NCBI GenBank assembly: GCA_963828465.1
Contig: CAWHEU010000025.1
Span: forward strand, 32,001 to 96,000
DNA from: an uncultured Acidobacteriota bacterium
Lineage (GTDB): Bacteria > Actinomycetota > Acidimicrobiia > Spongiisociales > ZC4RG35
Length of the DNA: 64,000 nt
Direction of reading: 5' to 3'
Shown: piece by piece, positions 20,036 to 28,374 of the stretch
Numbering within the stretch: position 1 is the stretch's first letter
Layout: the number at the start of each line of letters is the position of its first letter
Translations under genes and position numbers: made by a program
The notes under the pieces: generated by a model
Told to the model about the DNA's origin: nothing
The model's database searches: none
What the model saw: the letters and a program-made list of their open reading frames with translations, nothing else

Positions 20036-22309
20036 GTGGACGACATCCCCCATTTCGAGCCGCTCTCTCATCTTCGTCTGGAGGACCATCGGCTGGTCAC
20101 AGGCTCGGGACGCTTTGTCGCCGACCTGGCGCCCCCGGAGACGGTCCATCTCGCCTTCGTTCGCAGCACCGAGGCCCACGCCCGCATCACCGGCATCGAC
20201 ACGCATTCGGTCGATTCCCCCGATGTGGTGGGGATGTTCACCGCAGCCGACCTCGACCTGGCGGACATCCCGGGTGACAGCACGGCCGTCCCTGCGCCCG
20301 ACTTCCCCCGTCCCCACCTCGCGTCGGAGAAGGTGCGATATGTAGGCGAGCCATTGGCGGTGGTCGCTGCCAACACAGCGGCAGCGGCAGCCGACGCCGC
20401 CGACTTGATATGGGTCGACTACGAGATCCTCCCTGCGGTCGTCGATCCCGCGGCGAGCCTCGAGGACGAAATCATTCTGCACGAGGCTGCGGGGACCAAT
20501 GTGGTGAGTCGTTCGGACCTGGCTGCAGGTGAGCCGAAAGAGAGCTACGAGGTGGTAGCCGAGATCGACGTGACCAATCAGCGGCTGGCGCCGAACTCGA
20601 TCGAACCGCTCGTCATCCTCGCTGTGCCCGAAGACGAGGGCCGCCTCACGGTGTACGTGAGCCACCAACGACCACACGGTGTGAAGGCCCGTCTATGCCA
20701 GCTGCTCCCGTATGACCCGGACAAGCTGCGAGTCGTAGTCCCCGACGTCGGCGGAGCCTTCGGGATGAAGGGAATGACCTATCCCGAGCACACGGTGACA
20801 GTGGCTGTGGCCCTCCGGCTCGAGCGGCCTGTCATCTGGGTCGAGCGACGTCGCGAGCATCTGAGCGGCGGAACCCACGGGCGGGGCTCGGTGCACAAGG
20901 TCAGGCTCTCGGGGACATCGGCCGGCCGCGTCCAACGAGCGGAGATCGACGTCCTCGCCGACGTCGGCGCCTACCCACACAACGGGGCCACGATCCCCGT
21001 TTTCTCGCGGTTGGTCGCCTTCGGCCTGTATGACATCGAGAGTGCGGCGCTGACGACCACCTCCGTCGTCACCAATACGGCTCCCACGGGCTCGTATCGC
21101 GGTGCGGGGCGTCCCGAAGCCGCCTATGCCATCGAGAGGGCGATCGATGCCTTCGCCCATGCCGCCGGTCTCGACCCGGTCGAGGTCCGTCTGACCAACT
21201 TCATCCCGTCCGAATCTCTCCCCTACCGCACCGCCACCGGCGCCCTCTATGACTCGGGTGACTATGCGGCGGCGTTGCGCCGTGCTGTCGACCTCGTCGG
21301 GCTCGACGAGCTACGGGAAGAACAGAAGGCGCGCCTGGCAGACGGGCGCGACCCGATCGGCATCGGGTTCGGTGCCTTCGTCGAGCGGGCCGGTGGAGCG
21401 GTCGACGCCGGCGAATACGGACGGGTCGAGGTCGACCAGGACGGAAGGGTCACCGTGCGCACCGGATCGGCTTCCTCCGGTCAGGGCCACGAGACGGCGT
21501 GGGCACAAGTGGCGGCGGCGGCCTTGGGTCTCAACCCGGACGCCGTTACATACATCGCCGGTGACACCGACCAGGTGGCCCGGGGCGCCGGGACCTTCGC
21601 CAGCAGATCGGCTCAGATAGGAGCGGCGGCCATCTGGCGCACGGCTCAGGTTGTGCGACAACGGGCTATCGATCTGACGGCCGAGCTCCTCGAGGCGTCG
21701 CCGGCCGACGTGGTGCTCTCCGATGGCACGTTTTCCATCGCCGGCGTGCCCGGCACCGAGATGGGGTGGGCCGAGGTCGCGGCCGCGGCACATAGCCGCG
21801 GGATCGACCTGAGCGAAGAGGAGTGGTTCGTCCCCGGCGCTCAGACATTCCCGTACGGGGTCCATGTCGCCGTCGTGGAGGTCGCGCTCGAGACCGGCGA
21901 AGTCAGGCTCGATCGCCTCGTCACCGTCGACGACTGCGGAAACGTGCTCAATCCGATGATCGTGGAAGGCCAGCTCCACGGCTCCCTCATTCAGGGGGTC
22001 GGCCAGGCTTTGTACGAAGGGGTCCAGTATTCGGATCAGGGCCAGCTTCTCACCTCGACTCTCATGGACTACGCCTTACCCCGGGCCAGCGACGCGCCCC
22101 CGATCACAGCCGAGCGGTTGGTCCACCCGGCGCCATCGAATCCCCTAGGCGTCAAGGGCACCGGTGAGGCCGGCTGCATCGGGGCACCCCCTGCGATCGT
22201 CAACGCCGTCCTGGACGCTCTCGCTCCGTATGGCGTCACCGATCTTCAGATGCCGCTCCGACCGGCAACGGTGTGGGCCGCCCTCTCGGCATCTACTGTC
22301 CGGCCATAA
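20036..22309 (+). CDS. Xanthine oxidase-family molybdopterin-binding large subunit (not form I CODH)
   Basis: VGGAFGMK, SYRGAGRPE, GQGHET, GTFASRS, VEGQ.HG, KGTGE. Confidence 0.92.
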   Translation: MDDIPHFEPLSHLRLEDHRLVTGSGRFVADLAPPETVHLAFVRSTEAHARITGIDTHSVDSPDVVGMFTAADLDLADIPGDSTAVPAPDFPRPHLASEKVRYVGEPLAVVAANTAAAAADAADLIWVDYEILPAVVDPAASLEDEIILHEAAGTNVVSRSDLAAGEPKESYEVVAEIDVTNQRLAPNSIEPLVILAVPEDEGRLTVYVSHQRPHGVKARLCQLLPYDPDKLRVVVPDVGGAFGMKGMTYPEHTVTVAVALRLERPVIWVERRREHLSGGTHGRGSVHKVRLSGTSAGRVQRAEIDVLADVGAYPHNGATIPVFSRLVAFGLYDIESAALTTTSVVTNTAPTGSYRGAGRPEAAYAIERAIDAFAHAAGLDPVEVRLTNFIPSESLPYRTATGALYDSGDYAAALRRAVDLVGLDELREEQKARLADGRDPIGIGFGAFVERAGGAVDAGEYGRVEVDQDGRVTVRTGSASSGQGHETAWAQVAAAALGLNPDAVTYIAGDTDQVARGAGTFASRSAQIGAAAIWRTAQVVRQRAIDLTAELLEASPADVVLSDGTFSIAGVPGTEMGWAEVAAAAHSRGIDLSEEEWFVPGAQTFPYGVHVAVVEVALETGEVRLDRLVTVDDCGNVLNPMIVEGQLHGSLIQGVGQALYEGVQYSDQGQLLTSTLMDYALPRASDAPPITAERLVHPAPSNPLGVKGTGEAGCIGAPPAIVNAVLDALAPYGVTDLQMPLRPATVWAALSASTVRP

Positions 22310-22319
22310 CGATTGTGCA
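22302..22319. promoter_or_regulatory. LacI-type operator (site 6)
   Basis: GGCCATAACGATTGTGCA overlapping the Mo-subunit stop codon, just upstream of the next gene. Confidence 0.6.
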
Positions 22320-22335
22320 AACCGAAAGGGCGATC

Positions 22336-23248
22336 ATGGGAATCGATCCAGAGCATGTGACCATCGTCGAGGAGGTTCCCGGCTCAGACATTCCGGTCGA
22401 GCTCGAGATATGTCGAGACCTGGGACGGGCTCTACGCCCCGATCGGACTGCGACTCCCACCGGGACCGGGACCCCATCCCCTCGTGCTGCTCGCCTCCGG
22501 CAATGGAGGAGGGGGCATGGCCTGGATCAGGGACGCCGTCGCCAACCGGGGCTACATCATGGACCGATTGCTGGAGCAGGGCTACGCGTGCGCCTGGATC
22601 CGTTATCGCACCGAGGTGGAGCTCGGCTACGAGAACGGTGGACATCTCGTGCGGGACACACGGCAGGGCCGCGACATGTTCAACCGATCCCCCCTCGAGT
22701 ATGAAGACGAGATCGCCATCGTCGAGCAGCTCAAGCAAGACCCGCGCATCGACCCTGACCGCGTTGGGCTCATTGGGATGAGTCACGGTGGGGAGATGGT
22801 CCTCAAGATCGCCTCTGAGTATCAGGGCCTCGCGGCAGCGGTCGCCTCCGAGCCCGCCTCGCATGAGTTCCTCTCCTTGAGCCCGGACAACACTGCCTTT
22901 GTCGACCCGGAGACCGGTCTCCGCAACATCGAGGAGATGCAGATGGTCGAGACCGAGAAGGTGCGATCACGTATCGACATGGCGAAGGCGACGGAGCGGA
23001 TCGCCACGATCGACACACCGATCCTCGTCATGGGCCGGGAAGATGATCACCTCCAGGGGATATTCCGCACCAGCTACGACCTTCTGGCGGAGGCAGGCAA
23101 GCCTGTCGAGTGGGTCAGCTGGGACCACGATCTCCACGGATACGTCTATCCGCAGCGCGGGCCTGACGGCGAATATGAGGTCAATGAGGTCCAGGAGGAA
23201 GCGATCGCCGGTGTCCTCTCCTACCTCGGCCGGCACCTAAAGGGGTAA
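22336..23248 (+). CDS. Alpha/beta hydrolase (S9/dienelactone-hydrolase-like), frameshift near 22405
   Basis: ATG 22336 MGIDPEH...VEL joins RYVETWDGLYAPIGLRLPPGPGPHPLVLL in another frame. Then IDPDRVGLIGMSHGG and HGY. Confidence 0.78.
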
Positions 23249-23257
23249 GAACGCCGG

Positions 23258-24193
23258 TCAGGTCAAACCGTCAGAGACGTCCTTGTTCTCGGGCTCGAGG
23301 GTGACATTGGTGCCTTCGGCCTGTCGGGACAACATGGACGCGAAGTCCTGGCCGCCGAAGCCACGTCCCACTCCATCCATGACGATCTGATGGACCAGGG
23401 CGGCCGTCGGAAGAGGGACATCGAGGAGGCGACCCGCCTCGAGACCGAGCTCGAAGTCCTTGCGAAGCAACTCCCAGGTGAACGTCGGCGTGTAGTCGAG
23501 ATTCACGAAGGCCGGTGTCTTGTAGCGGGTGAAAGTCGACCCCATCACGCTGTCGTTGAGGAAGTCGAGGAAGTCGGCGCGGGAAACGCCTGCCGCCTCG
23601 GCCAGGACAGTGATCTCGGCCATCGACTGCGTCACGACACCAAGCATGAGGTTATGGCAGATCTTGACCAGCCGGGCCTCGTCGCCCTCTCCTACGTATG
23701 TGACCTTTCGCCCGAACAGCTCGAGGTACGGGAGCGCGGTCTCGAACGCCTTCATCGGGCCGGACACCACAGAGGTGAGCCGTCCGGCTTTGACGACTTT
23801 TGGATTGCCAGAAACTGGTGCCGCCAGCACCGCAGTGCCCAGCTCTCCGGCCCGTTCGGTGAGCGTCTCGGAAGTGGGGCCGTCGATCGTGGTCGAATCG
23901 ACGATTATCTGCGGGCGACTGTTCGGCTGTGAGAGAACTCCTTCATCACCGATCGTCACCTCGAGCACATCCTCCGGCCCCGCCACCATCGTGAATACGA
24001 TGTCGCGCTCGGCTAGCTCGGCGGGCGAGTCGACGATCTTTGCCCCCTTGTCGGCCAATGGCTCAGCCTTGGCCCGGGTTCGGTTGTAGACCCACAGGTC
24101 CACGTTGGAGGCGAGAAGCCGTGCGACCAGGGCGGCACCCATCCGACCGGTGCCTATCCAGCCCACCCGGTGCGGATATTTGTCGTCAGCCAT
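23258..24193 (-). CDS. NAD(P)-dependent beta-hydroxyacid dehydrogenase (3-hydroxyisobutyrate DH family)
   Basis: GWIGTGRMG, YNRT, APVSG, VKICHN, KDFELG. Confidence 0.9.
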   Translation of the reverse strand: MADDKYPHRVGWIGTGRMGAALVARLLASNVDLWVYNRTRAKAEPLADKGAKIVDSPAELAERDIVFTMVAGPEDVLEVTIGDEGVLSQPNSRPQIIVDSTTIDGPTSETLTERAGELGTAVLAAPVSGNPKVVKAGRLTSVVSGPMKAFETALPYLELFGRKVTYVGEGDEARLVKICHNLMLGVVTQSMAEITVLAEAAGVSRADFLDFLNDSVMGSTFTRYKTPAFVNLDYTPTFTWELLRKDFELGLEAGRLLDVPLPTAALVHQIVMDGVGRGFGGQDFASMLSRQAEGTNVTLEPENKDVSDGLT

Positions 24194-24250
24194 CGTCGGT
24201 GCACTCCTCTCGCCTCTGCGCGCTGCCAGAACGAAGGTCCGACCTTGCCT

Positions 24251-24268
24251 CACGCAATCGTTTGTATT
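24251..24268. promoter_or_regulatory. LacI-type operator (site 7)
   Basis: CACGCAATCGTTTGTATT upstream of the dehydrogenase at the right edge of the cluster. Confidence 0.65.
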
Positions 24269-24334
24269 ATTGGCACTTTGGGGCTGCCGCGCAAACAAAG
24301 ATGGCCCGGGGTCAGGGTAGAGCTAATATCAGGG

Positions 24335-24364
24335 TTGACTTATATAAGTCAGCGCTGTAATAAT
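24335..24364 (+). promoter_or_regulatory. Sigma-A-like promoter overlapped by a 16-bp perfect palindrome (probable ArsR operator)
   Basis: TTGACT...TAATAAT with TGACTTATATAAGTCA at 24336-24351. ATG 24371 is about 7 nt after the -10, so the mRNA is probably leaderless. Confidence 0.7.
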
Positions 24365-24370
24365 GACTCG

Positions 24371-24763
24371 ATGCACGCCTTCGACATTCTCGGCGACCCG
24401 GTGCGGCGCCGAATCTTGGAGATGCTGGCCGAAGGTGAGCACACATCGGGCGGGATCACCTCGGTCATCCAGAACGAGTTCGGCATCTCTCAGCCGGCAG
24501 TGTCACAACATCTACGTGTGCTCCGGGATGGGGGCTTCGCATTCGTCCGGGCCGATGGCACCCGGCGTCTCTACACGGTCAGCTCCGCAGCGTTGCAGGA
24601 GGTCGACATGTGGCTGAGGCGCTTCCGGCATCTGTGGGACCAGCCCCTCGATGCCCTGGAGACCGAGCTGGCACGAGGCATTCGAGAGCGCCGTGCCAGG
24701 GCAGGCAACACCCGAGGTTCGACGGTCAACGAAGGGCCACCGGAGAGAGAGGAAGAAACATGA
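24371..24763 (+). CDS. ArsR/SmtB-family regulator
   Basis: MHAFDILGDPVRRRILEML and ISQPAVSQHLRVLRDGG. Confidence 0.9.
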   Translation: MHAFDILGDPVRRRILEMLAEGEHTSGGITSVIQNEFGISQPAVSQHLRVLRDGGFAFVRADGTRRLYTVSSAALQEVDMWLRRFRHLWDQPLDALETELARGIRERRARAGNTRGSTVNEGPPEREEET

Positions 24764-25392
24764 TCGACATAGCGAGCGAAATCGACGCCATCGGGCGCGA
24801 GGTGAGCAGGAGACAAGGTCCCGACGGCGAGGAGGTCGCGGTCCTGATCCGACGGAGCTATGACGCCCCCAACCTGGAGGTGTGGGACGCGCTGACCGAT
24901 CCGGAACGGATAAAGCGCTGGTTCTACCCCGTCAGCGGCGATCTCCAGCTTGGCGGGACCTTCCAGCTCGAGGGAAACGCCGGCGGTGAGATCAAGCGCT
25001 GCGAGCCACCGCGCTTGCTCAAGGTCACCTTTGGTGGTCCGACCAGCTTGGTCGAGCTCCGCCTCTCTCCTGAAGGGGAAGACCGCACGGTGCTCGAGCT
25101 CGAACACACGGTTCCCATCGACATGGCGATGAGTGGAGCGGGGTCGCTGTATGTCGGGCCGGGCTGGGATGGTGCCTTCGTGGCACTCGGCCTCTACCTC
25201 GACGGTGTCGTAGCCGACGACCCCGTCGCCGCCGCCAGCTCGCCCGAGGCGCTGGAGCTATCGAGAGAGTCCGTGCACGCGTGGATCGCGGCAGTGGAAG
25301 CCTCGGGCACCGCCACTGCTGACGAGCTGGAGACAGCTGCCGAGATGTCGTTTGCCACCTTCGCACCCCAGACCGACGAAAAACCTGACTGA
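24760..25392 (+). CDS. SRPBCC/AHSA1-like protein
   Basis: VWDALTDPERIKRWF, GGTFQLEGNAGG, GPGWD. ATGA-coupled to the ArsR gene. Confidence 0.85.
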   Translation: MIDIASEIDAIGREVSRRQGPDGEEVAVLIRRSYDAPNLEVWDALTDPERIKRWFYPVSGDLQLGGTFQLEGNAGGEIKRCEPPRLLKVTFGGPTSLVELRLSPEGEDRTVLELEHTVPIDMAMSGAGSLYVGPGWDGAFVALGLYLDGVVADDPVAAASSPEALELSRESVHAWIAAVEASGTATADELETAAEMSFATFAPQTDEKPD

Positions 25393-25524
25393 GGAGCAAC
25401 GGGGCCAGGAGCTTGGGGCGCACAAGGACCATAGGACTCCGCCCAGATTCGGGGCTTGTCAGGTTCGACCTGATGCGATACCTTGTACTTCTATGCATTC
25501 CGGATCGAGGTATCGGAGACGCTG

Positions 25525-25884
25525 ATGCAAATCGACAAGGACCTAGTCGCCGCGTCGGCTACGCCGTTGGTCTTGGCGATACTGGCCGAGGGCGAGAATT
25601 ACGGGTACGCCATCCTGAGGCGAGTTCGAGAGCTATCGGACGGTGAGCTCGACTGGACTGACGGGATGCTCTACCCGTTGCTCCACCGTCTTGCCCGGCT
25701 CGGGTACGTGACGACGGAATGGCGAACGCCGCCTGAGGGGCGGCGCCGCAGGTATTACGTGGTCACCGATGGGGGGCATGCCGCCCTCGCAGAGCACAAG
25801 CGACAGTGGGAGACCGTGACGCGGGCATTGAGCGGCATCTGGAGAGGCGGCGACCTGCTGCCCTTTGCGTTTGGGTGGGCCTGA
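25525..25884 (+). CDS. PadR-family regulator
   Basis: YGYAI..ELS.G..W.DGMLYPLLHRL and GRRRRYY. Confidence 0.9.
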   Translation: MQIDKDLVAASATPLVLAILAEGENYGYAILRRVRELSDGELDWTDGMLYPLLHRLARLGYVTTEWRTPPEGRRRRYYVVTDGGHAALAEHKRQWETVTRALSGIWRGGDLLPFAFGWA

Positions 25885-25885
25885 C

Positions 25886-27223
25886 GTGGAGCAGTTGGAG
25901 TTGGAGATCGCGGAGTGGCGGGCCTTCATCGGACAGGACCCGGCGCTCAATGGCCGTGACGTGGAGGAACTGGAGACCCATCTGCGTGATCAGATCGCCG
26001 AGTTGATCACGGTAGGTCTCGCTCCTGATGAGGCCTTCCTGGTCGCCGTGAAGCGGATGGGAAAACTCGAGGACCTATCCCGGGAGTTCGCGAGCGAGCA
26101 GAGCGGCAGACTCTGGAGGCAGCTCGTCATCGCCGACGGTGACGAGCAGCCGCCGGACAGTCGGTGGCTGGAGGCACTCGTGTTCGCCGTCGCGGCGGCC
26201 GCCACGATCCAGGTCGCACGCCTGGCGGCGGGGCTCCCGACCGAGCAGGCATCGTGGTTCACACTCAATGCGAGCCTGTTCGTGTTGCCGTTCCTGGCCG
26301 GCTACTTCGCCCGCCGTCGACGACTTCCCATGCGCCAGTCCCTACTCACGGCCATCCCGTTCTTGATCGCTGCCATCGTGATCAACGTCTACCCGTTCAT
26401 AGCGGGCGGGCCGACCGAATTGTTGGTCGCTACGCACCTGCCGGTTGCCCTTTGGTTCGTGGTCGCCTACCCGTACATGAGTGGTGTCGTGCGATCGCAT
26501 GAGCGACGGATGAACTTCGTCCGCTTCACGGGCGAGTGGTTCATCTATTACGTGCTGATCTCGTTAGGAGGCGGCGTGCTCCTGGCGCTGACCGCGTTCA
26601 TCCTCGAGCCCACGGGTGTCGACGCCGAACGAGTCATCGATTGGGTGTTGCCACCGGCCGCGGCGGGTGCCGTAATCGTGGCCGCATGGTTAGTCGAGTC
26701 GAAGCAACGGGTCGTGGAGAACATGGCTCCGGTGCTCACCATGCTGTTCACGCCGCTGTTCGCGGTGATGCTGGTCGCCGCCATAGTCGTCTACCTCGTG
26801 ACCGGGCTTGGCGCCGGATTCGATCGAGACCTACTCGGCGTTTTCGACGCTCTGCTGGTCGTGGTCCTCGGGCTCGTCTTGTACGGGATCTCTGCCCGAA
26901 ATCCGTCCGCCTCGCCGGGCTGGATGGACCGGATCCAACTGGTCGCGGTCGTCAGCGCTCTGGTGCTCGACGTGATGGTGCTCGGCGCGATGATCTCGCG
27001 GATCGGCGAACTCGGATTCACCCCGAACCGAACGGCAGCACTGGGCCTCAACGTCCTGCTCCTCGTGAGCCTGGCTGGGACCGCTTGGCTATCCACCAGG
27101 TTCCTCATCGGGCGCGGCACCTTCAACCGGCTCGAGCGCTGGCAGACCAGCTACCTTCCCGTGTTTGCGGTCTGGGCGGCAGCGGTAGTGGTCGTCCTCC
27201 CACCATTGTTCGAATTCATCTGA
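25886..27223 (+). CDS. Permease-prefix-domain membrane protein (PadR partner)
   Basis: N-terminal ELETHLRDQI..GLAPDEAFLVAVKRMG followed by about 10 TM helices. Confidence 0.8.
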   Translation: MEQLELEIAEWRAFIGQDPALNGRDVEELETHLRDQIAELITVGLAPDEAFLVAVKRMGKLEDLSREFASEQSGRLWRQLVIADGDEQPPDSRWLEALVFAVAAAATIQVARLAAGLPTEQASWFTLNASLFVLPFLAGYFARRRRLPMRQSLLTAIPFLIAAIVINVYPFIAGGPTELLVATHLPVALWFVVAYPYMSGVVRSHERRMNFVRFTGEWFIYYVLISLGGGVLLALTAFILEPTGVDAERVIDWVLPPAAAGAVIVAAWLVESKQRVVENMAPVLTMLFTPLFAVMLVAAIVVYLVTGLGAGFDRDLLGVFDALLVVVLGLVLYGISARNPSASPGWMDRIQLVAVVSALVLDVMVLGAMISRIGELGFTPNRTAALGLNVLLLVSLAGTAWLSTRFLIGRGTFNRLERWQTSYLPVFAVWAAAVVVVLPPLFEFI

Positions 27224-27306
27224 CCGCCTCGGTCAATCCGATCGGAGAAGTCACTGGCGCCGCCCCGATTGAGATCGAGCAATTCATCCGCGTACGGTCC
27301 CGCCGC

Positions 27307-28329
27307 ATGAACCCGATGCAACTGCCGTCAGAGCCTGAGATTCTCACGACAACAGTGGGCTCGTACCCACCCATCAGTTGGCTACTCGCCTCACCGTCTG
27401 AGCAAGCACTGATAGATGCCACTTCCGCCGTGATCCACACACAGAAGCGCGCCGGAATCGACCTGCCGACAGATGGGGAGCTGTACCGGTTCGACCCCAA
27501 TCACGCCGAGACGAACGGCATGATCGACTACTTCGTTTCCCGGATGGGAGGCGTTCGAACCGAGATCGGGAGAAGTGACAGCGCAGCCTTTCAGGCGAAG
27601 TCGGAGACAGGCTTCAGACGCAAGCCCGCCGGCGTGGTCGAGGATGAGATCTCCGAAGGCACTCTCGACCTGCCAAATGCCTGCCTGAGGTCGGCGTCGG
27701 TTGCGGATGGGCCACTCAAGTTCACCCTCACCAGCCCGTTCATGCTGGCGCGCATGCTCCTCGACAATCACTACAACGACGTCGAGGCGCTGACCATGGC
27801 GATTGCAGATTGCCTGGCACGTCAGGTCACTGACCTCCCTTCTGTCTGCGTGCAGGTGGATGAGGCGAACGTGCCTGGAAGTCCGGAGTACGCGCCCATT
27901 GCCCAGGCCGGCATCAACCGGATCCTCGACGCGATCGAGGTCGAAAGTGCCGTGCACCTCTGCTTCGGCAATTACGGCGGTCAGACGGTCCAGTCAGGTG
28001 AATGGAAGTCTCTCATCGAATTCCTCAACGGGCTCCGCGCCGATCACCTGGTTCTCGAGCTCGCCCACCGCCCGGACTCGGACCTCGACGCTCTCCAGGA
28101 CGTCGGCGACCACGTCGCCATCGGCGTAGGTGTGATCGACATCAAGGTGAACCACGTCGAGACGGTCGACGAGGTTGCCGCCCGAATCGAGAAGGCCGTC
28201 AAGGCGTTCGGGCCAGACCGCGTCCGGTGGGTGCACCCCGACTGTGGGTTCTGGATGCTCCATCGCTCGGTGGCCGATCGGAAGATCAGCGCCCTCGTGG
28301 CCGGACGGGACCGATTCCTGGGGGGTTGA
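27307..28329 (+). CDS. Cobalamin-independent methionine synthase II-family protein (MetE C-terminal domain only)
   Basis: TTVGSYP, TDGE, QVDE, and Zn ligands HLC, E and PDCG. About 340 aa with no N-terminal MetE half. Confidence 0.85.
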   Translation: MNPMQLPSEPEILTTTVGSYPPISWLLASPSEQALIDATSAVIHTQKRAGIDLPTDGELYRFDPNHAETNGMIDYFVSRMGGVRTEIGRSDSAAFQAKSETGFRRKPAGVVEDEISEGTLDLPNACLRSASVADGPLKFTLTSPFMLARMLLDNHYNDVEALTMAIADCLARQVTDLPSVCVQVDEANVPGSPEYAPIAQAGINRILDAIEVESAVHLCFGNYGGQTVQSGEWKSLIEFLNGLRADHLVLELAHRPDSDLDALQDVGDHVAIGVGVIDIKVNHVETVDEVAARIEKAVKAFGPDRVRWVHPDCGFWMLHRSVADRKISALVAGRDRFLGG

Positions 28330-28374
28330 CCGCCATAATCGCAGCGCAAGACGTCCGGAGAGGAGAGCGGAGCA

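Noticed and set aside
20036-22309. Aerobic CO dehydrogenase (CoxL form I)
   Set aside because: The active-site loop is SYRGAGR, not AYxCSFR, and there are no coxMS or cox accessory genes.
27224-27306. SAM or cobalamin riboswitch upstream of the MetE-like gene
   Set aside because: The gap is only about 80 nt and I see no recognisable conserved core.
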